This document shows, piece by piece, positions 51,708-64,000 of a DNA stretch of 64,000 nucleotides. The DNA is taken from assembly GCF_006345805.1 (NCBI RefSeq), contig NC_042999.1:172174001-172238000 (forward strand), written 5' to 3'. The position numbers and the translations under genes are program-made. The notes under the pieces are model-generated. The model was not told the DNA's origin, did no database searches, and was given only the letters and a program-made list of their open reading frames with translations. Within the stretch, counting starts at the first letter, position 1. Each line of letters starts with the position of its first letter. The DNA is from Octopus sinensis (lineage: Eukaryota).

Positions 51708-52989
51708 TCCTTCATTTAGTTTCCAGTTCATTTTGAGCAACATTGAGTTATATACATCCTTCCGAATGAGATGAAATATAATTGGATTGCACCCAAATAT
51801 TGTATGATACGTTAATAGCAAAATCGATAGCAACGACGGTCAGACCGTTAAAAAATGTTAACAATAGCATTAGTTTTCGGTAGATCTTACTTCCAAGATA
51901 CGTGTAACACTCTTTTCAGCATGTTTGATGGACTAAAACTTCATACATTTTATAATTTAGACTTCGTAGAAAATGTGAGTGAAATCTTGTGAAAGGTAAC
52001 TTGTTGTTATGGAATACACAGTAAGTTTACCTTGTGATTATAAAATCAATTGTCAAAATTGTAGGTTTATACACATAACCGTAATCAAAATATTGCGAAA
52101 GTTTACTAGTGCAAACTAATATGAAATTTTATATTATTTGTTTTATATTTGTTTTGTTTGCACGTAAATATGACGTACCTCAGGCAAGGCCCGGTTGAAG
52201 ATAATTCATTTCACTATCCACAATAATATAAGTGGAAAACTATAAATATCAATTTTCTCGGAGAATATTAATGTAATATAACAGAGAGAATTTCTATCTG
52301 ATTAGACACGTCTAATAAATTTCGGAAAACTTTATGTGTGGAAATAAATATGATATTAATAGTTCCTGAATTGTTTATGATTCGTGTATAGTCTGCAAGA
52401 TTTGGGAGATCATCTCTTGTGATAAGGTGCCGAATTTTAAAATTGTTAAAGACAGCAGCAGCAATCTGCATATTTGTTAATCAAAAAATTTGGATAGTAT
52501 TCACATGATATATTGCTATTTGATATAATATAACGAATTATAAATAAAAAAATTATTTCACTGGAATCTTCCTCATATGCATTTCAGAATCTTCTCTCTA
52601 GAGGAAGGTAAGAAACGATCCGTGAATTGATATTTATCTGGGAATTTTCTTTTCTAAATACGCACAGATATTTTCGCTTATTTTCCTACATTGTGTGGCC
52701 TTTGTATCTAAATTCATGAGTACTCGTAAATATATTTGATTTTTGGTTCCTCTTAGAACTGGTAGTTTTTATACACATCATTAGAATGTATGAATTTAAT
52801 CACATTCAAATTTCCTATTTAAATCAAATTTTTTACAAATTACATTATTTATTTTACATATGTTTTTATGTCATAACATGGACATATTCAATAGCAGAGT
52901 ATTTTATTGACCCAGGGGAAAACCTACGTAATATTTCGGTCACTTTGAGTTTAGAACGCCAAAAATATTTACTGGGATGTTATCTAACA

Positions 52990-53026
52990 TTATATATATA
53001 CTTACACACACATATATATATATACT

Positions 53027-53091
<65 letters not shown>

Positions 53092-53104
53092 CACACATAC
53101 ACAC

Positions 53105-53150
<46 letters not shown>

Positions 53151-53160
53151 TATATATATT
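52990..53160. repeat. (TA)/(CA) microsatellite
   Basis: Direct reading. Confidence 0.92.
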
Positions 53161-53952
53161 TGTGTACTTGTGTTTGTATGTATGTGTTCAGTTCAATACA
53201 ATGACTAAATATCGACAGCAACTAATATTCTCGCGGCATTAGAAGTAGAACAATAAAAAATGAAGCATCCAACTGTGTGCTCTAAGTGTATTTTCAATGA
53301 CGTTAATGGCGTACAAGAATTGATGCTGATTTACCTGCAGAGTCGCCAGGGGCGTATGTCTTTCTCTCCATTGCGCAACATTCCATAAAGTATATTATTT
53401 ATAACATATGTTTTTATTATTCTGGCTTTATGATCAAATATATTAGCAAGATATTCAAATAGAATATTTTAATAAGAGGTAAAATAAAATATTAATTATT
53501 TTTGATATTTTACATAAAATTCTAAATCAATGTGATGCCGGGTTGTCTTGTTGTATTTTCATTTTCGTTTTATTTATTTATTTGCTCTAAGTATTCTGAA
53601 TTCACCTAATGATGCATTGCATGGAATTCAAACAAAATAGTTAAAGATTAAAGAAAAGTACGACTGGGAATTCTCATGAAATTGATTGAAACTTCATTGA
53701 AATCTTCTTACTCCTTTACATAAGCACATTGATATACTCTGAAAATTCCGTAAAGAAACGAAACAATGGCATTTTTCTTCTCGTCTTTTACGAATTTAAT
53801 ATCTGACGGATTACTATTTGCAATGCAATTCTATCGAGTATATTTGCGGGGTAAATTATTGTATTTAAATTTACTTATTGAAATTATTAAGGTGACAGGG
53901 TAGAAATATGTTTTGCCCTCCTATTATATATATATATATATATATATATACA

Positions 53953-53997
53953 TACAACACCTGTCTTCGTCTTTTGTTTTTTTCGTAACCTCTCCCT
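53953..53997 (+). mobile_element. 45-bp end fragment of the 34037-34228 family inside (TA)n
   Basis: acacctgtcttcgtcttttgttttttcgtaacctctccct is the reverse complement of about 34038-34080. Confidence 0.75.
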
Positions 53998-54710
53998 ATA
54001 TATATATATATATATATATTTTCATGTTGATCATACATCCTTTATGTGATTTGAGAAATTACTTCACATAACCGGATTTGGAATGCATTCGCTGAACTCT
54101 ACCTCTATCACTCACCGTGAACAATTTTCAGTTATTCAATTATTTTAATTCTACACCCATTCGTTTCACGCGATTCATTCGCTATCGGTTGCGTAAATAT
54201 AAACTCTTTCTCTCTCTCTCTCTCTGCAAGATAATCTTGAAGATGGCTCAACGAGTTTCAATATTTTTGCCGAATCATTGTTGCGTCTTGTTAAGCTGAG
54301 TTAATTTGAAGTTTTATCGCATAAGGAGAAAGAGAGTGCAAGAGGTAGAGAGACAGAGATAGAATTAGAGAGATGTAAATAGATAGATAGATAGAGAGAG
54401 AGAGAGGTTGTAACAGACTTCAGCTTTAAGCAGAAATTTTATGGACTATAAGGATAAATCAAATTTCTATATTTGAATTTATACATTTAATAAACAACTC
54501 ACATGCATGACATATATATAAACATACGTAAAGCTTTTAATATAAATCTATAAATATTGGAACTATTCAGTACTTACGTCTTTACTATAACATGCATATT
54601 TCGCGTAATTTTAAAACGCCCGTGGAAACAATGAATGTGATCGCTTGTGCCGCTTGTACATAATATTCTGATTGTTCGTTCGCTCATTATGCTTTAGTTA
54701 GTTAGACAGT

Positions 54711-54770
54711 TGGAGTGAGAGGTAGCGTGAGACATGGAATGAGAGGTAGCGTGAGACATGGAATGAGAGG
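54711..54770. repeat. 24-bp tandem repeat, 2.5 copies
   Basis: tggagtgagaggtagcgtgagaca / tggaatgagaggtagcgtgagaca / tggaatgagagg. Confidence 0.9.
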
Positions 54771-55614
54771 GGGAGTAAAATGAGAGACATACGGGATAAG
54801 TGTGAGTGGAGAAGAAGTGAGGAAGAAGTCGAGAAAGATGTTTAATAAGGAAGATTGCAGCACTTTACTAGCTAAAAGGAGAGGCGAACAGCGAGAGAAA
54901 AAACGGTGATTGAAAAGAGAGAGCAGAAGTATTAACGACGTGTTATAGACTTGGGAGGGAAAGGTAAAGAGAAGGGGATATGCTTAGAATACAATATCTA
55001 CCAGAGAACGATGTTCTGGTGGTGAGGTTTAAGTAAAGCAAAAAGAGAGGGATGTATTGCGGAGGCAGTTACATTAAGAGAGAGAGAGAGAGAAGGGAGT
55101 GAGAGGCGGATAGCATTTGTATTGTCACAGTAGAAATACACCACACACACACATATATAAAATAATAATAATAATAATGATAACAACAAAAACAATACGA
55201 TGAATGAAAGTATTGATATCTAATTCTTTAAACCAGAGAAATAGGAGGTATACTTATAGCAATCTACACAAAGAATCGATTGCAATTTTACAAAAGACAT
55301 ATGAGAGAAATATTGTTCTTTTTTTATATATATTCGTCGTATAATATAATTTTCTTATGACTTCAGATGGAAAATGAAACCTGGTAGAGAATTTGAGTGT
55401 TTAGAATGTTTGTATTTATTTAAACTATTAATTAGTTATTGATTGAGTTCTACTGTATAGTAAACAACGAACAGGCATCGCTAAACTTCGATGTTCCACA
55501 ACATATATAGATCGATTAAATTCTATGTTTTAAGTGTCTTAACTTAAGCGCTATATTGCAAATCTAAAAGCATTTTATATTGGCCGTTGGAACAATAACA
55601 TTTATTATTTATTA

Positions 55615-55985
55615 TAGAGTGCATAATGTATTTGAGGACATACTTTTTGGGGGTCATTGCTGCATTTTTTGCTAACTCTGTATAATATTTGTTTCAGAAA
55701 ATAAAAATGGCAAACTCTCAGCTTACTCAAGAAATTAAGAGGTATGTTATAAAGGCGGAGCATAGCGATTTAGAAATATCTCGATTTGTATGGGTTGCCA
55801 GATCTTTCATCTGCAAAGTTTTTAAGGAGTTAGAGACTGAAGACGGAAATGTATCGCCTGTATCAAAGCGTAAAATGCATTCTAAAAGATCTGAACTTAT
55901 CAGAACACCTGAATGTATCCAGCAAATCCAACAGACCATTGATTACATTCCCAGAAAGTCCATGAGGTCAAATGCAACAGATCCC
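55615..55985 (+). mobile_element. 5' fragment of the same Tc1/mariner family as 25256-26412
   Basis: TIR-like tagagtgcataatgtatttgaggacata; MANSQLTQEIKRYVIKAEHSDLEISRF matches the N-terminus encoded at about 25340-25415. Confidence 0.85.
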
Positions 55986-55999
55986 CATGTAGCTGTCTA

Positions 56000-56085
56000 A
56001 CAAATCCACTCACAAGGCTTTGGTAGGCCCGAGGAAGTGGGAACCATGTGGTTGGTAAGCGAGCTACTTACCACACAGCCACTAT
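56000..56085 (-). mobile_element. SINE family B head with internal deletion
   Basis: caaatccactcacaaggctttggtaggcccgagg|aagtgggaaccatgtggttggtaagcgagctacttaccacacagccact. Confidence 0.85.
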
Positions 56086-56089
56086 TTAT

Positions 56090-56138
<49 letters not shown>

Positions 56139-56139
56139 A

Positions 56140-56250
56140 CTTCCCTTCGAATACGTCGTATAATTGTTGCTCAAGAACGCATCACCCGGTCTAGGTACTG
56201 AAACCACGATCTCGCGATCGTGAATATCACACCCTAACCACTAGGCAATC
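56140..56250 (-). mobile_element. Degenerate tRNA-derived SINE head (fourth family)
   Basis: The minus strand has tgcctagtggttagggtg (A-box-like) and gtggtttcagtacc (B-box-like), followed by tgcgttcttgagcaa. Confidence 0.45.
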
Positions 56251-56285
56251 TTACCTCAAACACACACACGCATACACGTATATAT

Positions 56286-56336
<51 letters not shown>

Positions 56337-56361
56337 TATATATATCTATACGCACAAACAT

Positions 56362-56392
<31 letters not shown>

Positions 56393-56954
56393 CTTATAAA
56401 TATGTGTATTTGAGTGTGCGCGTATGTTTATGATTTATGTTTTGAGGTTTTATTTTTATATCTACAAATATTTAGATATTTCAAGCATATATTACGTAGC
56501 CAGTAGCTACTTAATCTTGCACATGTTAGCTTTTAACAAAATAATACTGTTGAGTTAGTTTTTCTCCCCTACCTAAGTAAATGTCAATTTACTCATTAAA
56601 CATAGACAAAGCATATTCGGAGAGGCAAAAAATATATATAATTTTTGATGATATCGCTACTCTATATATGTAATTAAGAATGATGGGGAAATCAATTCTA
56701 ACGGAAAGGGGAAAAAAAACCATTGATGGAAATACTATTAATCATATCAAACTGATTTCGGAATGGTCGTATTTCTAACAACAATTAGTATAAAAATGTC
56801 AACTGCAGCAACATTAACCAGAACCATAACGCTATTTATACAAATAATTAATATCTAATGGTAATAACAATATCAGTAACGGTATTATTGATCACGATAA
56901 TTGCATTAATTTACTATGACTACTATTGCTATTTCTATAACAGCAAGGAATAAA

Positions 56955-57058
<104 letters not shown>

Positions 57059-60000
57059 TATCAACAACAGTGCCTTATTCTGCAGAAAAGTAATGATTGT
57101 AAAATGAACAAACCGCAATTCCCTACTTTACAATTGGAACTGATTGTATTGTTTGCCAGAAAAGGGGAATTTTTTTTTGTGTAAGATAAAAGGGTTGTAA
57201 TGTGCATTAAAATCATTTGCGTTTGTATTGTTATCAGTAGGAAACATATTTAAACACAGGCAGAGAACCTGAAATCTTATGTAATCAGTGCAATGACGAA
57301 CAGTCTTAGGTAACACAACTTGACATCTATGCATTCAATAAAAATGTTATGTTTATATGTACGTTTGAAATGACGGAGATGATGGCGTTTGTTTTTGTTC
57401 TATTGCAAATAAATGCATTTTATGTGAGTGACATGGATAATGTTCTTTAAGAAACAAGTATTGCACCACCTTCCCATCTTCTATATTGTCATTTTAATAT
57501 ATAGTACTGTAGGAGCTCTATGTTCATAATTTATAAAACCTTAAGGCTTTTATGCTAGTACAGTGTCAAAAAAGGGTAAATAGTGAATATTGGGGCTCAA
57601 ATACAAGTAATCTAGTTGTGAGACATAATTCATTTATATACTTTCCTTCGATGTGAAAAGTATTTCACGTAGATGAACGAGAAATAAATATCATCCTATT
57701 TCGTATGCTTTCAAAAATATGATTATGCAAACGTATATGCGCGTACGAACCAAGCCATTACACATCAAATGATACTAACTTGACAAAACTCTAAGCAAGT
57801 GATGTATTTTCTAGTTTCGATTGAATTTGGTTTCATATAAGTTACTAAGCAGCTTAAAGATAACGATGGCGTTTTCTTCACTTAAATTACTGAGGTACAA
57901 TAAACACAGGGGGCTATAATTAAGATCGAGTATAAGGAAATATTTTATATATAAATAATTATGTATAGACTAAATATAGACAAATTTTATATATAGGAAA
58001 TCGATTTTTATGAAAAGAAATCATTGTGAAAAGGAAAAAAACTAGAGATCAAGAGTCATAAATGATGGAATACTAGATGAAATTAAATGTCTGATATCTA
58101 TTTAATAGAAAGTCTCTCTTTATTATAAACTTTTCATTCGCTTGTGCAATTAAGGAAGGGATTTAGCTGAAATATTAGCGCTTCCAATTGAATGTGTTCG
58201 ATATTTTCGTGTCTACAACCCTAACTTATAACTGATTAGGATCGAATTTAATTTTCGTTTCTCAGAAAGCAAGTAATGAGAAATAGGTACTTATATCTAT
58301 TATCGTATGCGTAAAATACATTAAGATTAATAATAACAAAATGGAATTAGAAAGGTAAAATCGGAAGTGTCCCGGAATAAATAGCATGAATCATTGAATT
58401 ATATCTCTTTGATATCAGGAGTTAAAATAGAAATGAATTTCATATGCACATCCACTCTCATTGTCCTTCAACACGAACTATAAACTTGGAACGAGCAGCA
58501 CTGCAACATTTTGAATAAATAGTAGAAACGCCAACGTTCTTTTCTTGAAATATTATCCGACACATTCGCAAGAGAAATTAATACTGATGAATATCAAATA
58601 CTATTTTAATATTTTCACAATCTAAGCAGTAACTTTCTACACTTTAGAATTAATAACTTCGCTTCTATTGATATCAATGAGAGATTTTATCAGTTTTATA
58701 GCATCATTCTCTATTACAACGTGAATATTGTGAATATTGAAACCACATAGCTGTTACAAACGGCTAGTTACTTAATTCTTTTTGATTTCATATCCTACGG
58801 ACCTATGCAGGCATAAGTGTTTGTTACCTGTTTGTGCGTGTGAGTTGTATATGAGTGTATATGTGTGCATCTATATATGCATATATGTACACACATACTC
58901 ACATATATACATGTATATATATATATATATTATATATATATATATATTATGTATGTATGTATGTATGTATATGCGTGTATAATCAAATAAATTACATGAA
59001 ATATTCAAAGGAAAAAAATGACTGTTTGCTTTTATTGATTAATTACACATTTAAATGTGATTACCAAGAAATTAATTTTTGCTAATGTATTTTGTAGACG
59101 TAATATAGAATATGTAAGTCTGCTACAAGAAAATAAATTACAATATTGATTACATACATTGGCACTACGCCGCTGATTCATGTGAAATTTGAACATACAC
59201 TGTCTGAATCAAACTTTATATATACTGATGTAATAACGATATTGAATCTGAAGACATAAGCGATGAGATCGTGTGGGAAGGTACAAGTAAAGCTCGTATC
59301 ATGATAGCAAATGTGTATGATTTCATAGCACTTTGATATATTTTAGTTAATTGATTTCTTAGGCGCTTAATATTCGGGAGCAGACAAACGTACTCTTTCC
59401 TCTTATTCGTGACGCATGACAACATTGAGGATATGAAAGTCTGTCCAGAGAGTGCTAGTCAAATACCCAGCTAATACTCATTTTCAACTGCATTGAAATA
59501 AACAACATAAAACAGAACACAAGTGTCAACCACATAATCGTTATAACAAGATTTATAAGCTTTTTGGAAAATTAGATAAATGTATTAGAATTTTAGAAGA
59601 ATTATTAAAAAGAAAATGTTACAAAAAAATTTAACCAGATGAGTTTTATATAATGCGCACATGTAGATGTGCGTGTGTGAGTGTGTATGTGTGCGTATGT
59701 GTGTATATGTTTGCGTGTGTTATACTATAAAGTCCATGACCAAGTTGGATGAAATTGGCCAGAAACTTAGTTATATATAAAGACACTCACGCGAAGGCAT
59801 TCGCAATCATAATCATACACTCTCACACATACACTCATGCCCTACAGAGTGACTAAAGCACGGTGCTTTATGCTGATTACTCATATGCCAAAACAAATGA
59901 TCACGGCTCCCACACAGCAACTTAACTTTTTCTGCAATGCACTATCCATCATTGAACTCTAAAAGTTATAATTTTTTTTAAATATACATACATGTACCTG

Positions 60001-60263
60001 TTGTGTGGACGCCCCCAGACGATGAAGTAGGCTAGCCCAATACGTAGATATAGAGGGAGAAGCCTAGAAATCGTAGAGTAGCAGAGTAGTAGAGACATCA
60101 GAACGTTCGACATAACAGTACCAGAAATGACTTGATGACAGTCTATCAATTTTTCTCAGTTAATCAATTGAGTAAACTAATGTATCTATAATGATACTGG
60201 GAACAGCCGTAAAGAAAATGTGTAATGATCATTATTTTCTAATGACTATTATTTATACTTTGT

Positions 60264-60301
<38 letters not shown>

Positions 60302-62774
60302 TGTGTGTGTGTGTGTGCGTGCGTGCGCTTGTATATATATATATATATATAATATATATATATATATAATTTTCAACCAGCTTACTAACACTGCATTCAA
60401 TAATTTGAAATTGAGATCCTTTATAAATATGAGTAGTATGTTTACTACAAATTTATTTATACGCATGAATCGTCAGTTCATCAACGTACTTAATATCTCT
60501 TATATTTCAATTCTCATTCTCTTCCTGTATGAAACAAAAGAGTTAGTTTGCTACAATGAAAAAGGAAATAATGTAACAGCATTCTCATTGCATAGCGCAT
60601 ATAATCTATTATTCTTCCCCTTAAAAGTGAGAACCTGCGATTCTTTGAAAAAGAATATCTGCATCCGGTGACTTAAAGGCAATCATATATTTCCGCTGTG
60701 TGACACATGGTAATGAAATTAACGACAATAAGAGATGCGTAATGCAAAAGTTTGTACATATGTGTGTATGTGCGAGCAAACTTGTATGCGTCTGTGGTTC
60801 CGTGTCTGCGTAAATGTGCGTGTGTGAGTGTGTGCGTATGTCTTCGTGTATATATTCCTATACAGATGTGCACAAGTGTACTTGAATGTGTGTGTGGGTA
60901 TATATATATATATATAAATATATCAGAGATGCATTTTGGTAAACTGTAAGGAAGAGAATTTCCAGACAGTTGGTCACATTTGAGCTTCTTATATATATAT
61001 ATATACTTCATATAACTTTCTATATATTGTTTTATCGGTATCATTATATTTTGCTTTTGATTTTCATCTTTTTAATTATGATATATATATTCCTGGAGAA
61101 ATACTAGTGTATTTACAAAAAAGAGTAGAAAAACATATTAAATGTAGGATGAAATTAAATTTATTATTGCAAATGTATACACTCACTTTATAGTTTACAA
61201 AGTATATTATCTCTTATATATTTGCCACCACTGTGTCTAAAGATGGAACTTTCTGTTGGTTTGGTGTAATCTATACCAACAGGAAGTCTCCCAATCAACA
61301 TTGTAAACATGCAACAGTATTCTCGTGATGCTGATATTCACAGATCGCCATGTTGGTTGAAGGTTTGATATAATGCATCGCTGATTGCTGTGTAGAAAAT
61401 GACAGCCCTTCCGCTGCTGGTCGAGAAATCAGACTTGGTAACAACGTAATTTCCGGATATCTCCTTCTCAAAAGAAAAAAAACAACATATAATATAATCA
61501 ATTCTTGAATAATCAATACTCTGTTTGAACAACGTCAATGAATTTTTAGGGAGTAAATTCAATCAATCTTTCTTGGAGGAGTATTAGCTTTGCATGTGAT
61601 GGTATGAAGTAGAATAAGACAACAATTTCATCTAAATTGGGATATTTGGTGATAAAGATTACGTTGTTAAAATGCTTGGAGATGTGATGATCGTTGTAAC
61701 AGGAAACACAGAAAGGTAGCGTATATTTTACTAATTGATGCTTACTATAATTAATACGTAATTCAGACACATTTATATGCCATTAAATGTTATTTATATT
61801 ATTTTCTTCTGGCGTACATTATAGTTTATCGATTTATATTCATAGCATAATTGAGTTAATTTAACATGAATTCTTTCATAATTCCTGTTTAAAAATAAAA
61901 TATCTTTGATATCTTGTAATAGAACTGTAAACAGTTAGAATAAAAATTAAGTTTTAATCTCACTTAATATGGTTGAAAATTAATTTTCTTTTTATTTTAA
62001 AATAAGATTATACACAATCCGAGCGTCTAGACAATTTTGTGTATCTACAAGCAAATTACCTTTTAAAGATGTGTTTTAATAAATTGATAATACTAATCGA
62101 AACGCATAGTTACTAAATTAATGCAGCTTTTGTTATGTAGAAATGGCTGGTATATTTTCAGTGGTCTTATGTAGCACAGCATGTATGCCAAAAGTGTGAC
62201 AATGGAAGCCTGGCCAGTTTTTATTACGATTTTAAATGTGGTCAGTTTTATCACTAGTGACTATTGCTTAAATACGAAAGGTACTTTGCTTCATCTCCTG
62301 CTGTGAATATTCAAATAACAGCCTTATTAATGTAAGTAATGTAGAAGAGGATTTATTAATATTTGTTATGTTCTTCAATCCCAATTTAGATGAAATTCTT
62401 TCGTCAAGAGTAATTTGTTTCACCTACCGCCATTTCCATCTGGATTTCGAATTATAAATGGCTGATTAAAAATATTTTATTTTATGATCACATGATCACT
62501 CGAACACAGAATTCATACAAAGAAAACCATTTACTTCTTGGCGATTCAGGTTAATGAACCTGTTTTTGCAAATTCAGCCTATAATTAATTGTGGAAGAAA
62601 ATAATGCCATAATTAAAGAGATCGTTTGTTTTTTCAGAAGTAATAAAATTGTTTAAATATTTCCAAGCTTAAACGTGAGGCAGTGTTTAAGGCATACTAC
62701 ATGTCGAGATATAAATATATGCAATAGAAACCAAATATTTTGTTGTATCTTTTACTTCTTTTAATTATTAGAAG

Positions 62775-63135
62775 GTGGCCATGCTGGAAGACCACCTTCA
62801 AAAATTATAGTCGAACGAATCAGCCCCAGTACTTACGTCTTTTTTTATGAACAGTTCTTATAATATTGATCTATTTTGACGCTATTCTACGAGGCCTTAA
62901 GCACAATAACTCGGCTTTCAAGCACAATGACACACGCACACACACAGACGTATACACGCTAACACATATATACACACGTATATATACACGACGACCGGAC
63001 TTCTTTCAGTTTACGTCGACAAGGCTTTGGTCGACGCGAAGCTATACTAAAAGACCCCTGTCCAAGATGTCACGTAGAGAGACTGAACCTAGAACCACGT
63101 GGCTGTGAAATAGCTACCACACAACCACCCCTGCG
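62775..63135 (-). mobile_element. SINE family B, old degenerate copy
   Basis: ggccatgctgg...cttctttcagttt...caaggctttggtcg...gactgaacctagaaccacgtgg...ctaccacacaacc. Confidence 0.7.
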
Positions 63136-64000
63136 CTGGGTGTCAAGTTGCAAAATGGCATCCGGTATCCACTCAGCCGGGCCAGAGGCGCTCTGAAAGA
63201 CACCCCAGTTGTAACGTTAGAGCCAGCCTTACACATGCTGAGGCATATGAGCCATCACAGCAACAACCTCGTTCCCCATGCAAGTCAGGGCGTCTAGCGG
63301 CTTCATGCTCTTCGATTTAGTTTTATACTATATATACTTTTTAATAATTACCATCTATATACATATAACTCCAAGGTTGTACTAAATGCACATTCGCTTC
63401 TTATACATATGTTATACTTTTAGGGAGAATTAGGTACTTTTTAATGTATAATATATATCTTGAAGCACACTAATAACGAGATACTTTTCACTTGAAGATT
63501 ATTCACGAAAAAATAACAGAATAGCAGACTCCAAATTCTTATATTATATATTAATACAATCGATTATTCCCACGTTCGTAATTTCTGTTCATGCGCTACC
63601 TGTCGCCTTACATTTGATTCTTATTATTGATATTATAATCTATGTGTTGTGAGTGTAGTACTGGAAATTTGCTTTTCTGTACTCTTTCGAATAACTGAAA
63701 ATTATGTTTCCTTTCCTCTCAAATTTGTGTATACGCAATGGCAGTGTTTTATTCAACATACTCACCTAATACAACATCACCTGAAGTTAACAAGAGATTC
63801 TCTAAAATTATAATTGAAAATTCCAAGAGTAGCTGCATTCACATGATACTCTTATTAATTTCATACTGAAAGTTTAGATTTACTCTTTAATTGTGAAGTC
63901 CGCTAACTTCATATATCTGGGATATTACTCTCCGAGCTTACATAAGGTATAATGGGACCGAGATACAATATACACAGCCAACGTTGGTTGTATGTAAGCG

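Noticed and set aside
51606-54770. Short tandem repeats at 51606 and 54711 as CRISPR-like arrays
   Set aside because: Units are contiguous with no unique spacers, there are no cas genes, and the context is eukaryotic.
59230-61720. Scattered protein-like frames at 59230-59460, 59950-60150 and 61330-61720
   Set aside because: No consistent strand, phase or recognisable homology, so they could not be assembled into a gene.

Overview
AT-rich, microsatellite-dense animal genomic DNA made almost entirely of interspersed repeats. The SINE families resemble, from memory, the tRNA-derived SINEs of octopus, so a cephalopod source is likely; this is inference and was not database-checked. I could not identify a host protein-coding gene. 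Most ORF-track entries are microsatellite read-through or antisense to transposons. Supported content: a young, nearly intact CR1-type LINE ORF2 (two in-frame TAG stops, no frameshift), a decayed RTE LINE, a probable L1/Tx1 3' fragment, seven Tc1/mariner copies or fragments, a fold-back MITE-like element, and many SINE copies. The standout is an RNA-level system. A 593-nt repeat unit at 26590-28014 is arranged direct-direct-inverted between (TA)n tracts, and each of its three copies carries a complete type I hammerhead ribozyme (6-bp stem I, CUGAAGA, G-C closed stem II, GAAA, self-complementary stem III, GUC cleavage site). This is a Penelope pLTR / retrozyme-like arrangement predicted to excise a 593-nt RNA. 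Five further degenerate or atypical hammerhead-like motifs occur in four other sequence contexts, including the tail of a tRNA-headed SINE. All folding and comparisons were done by eye.
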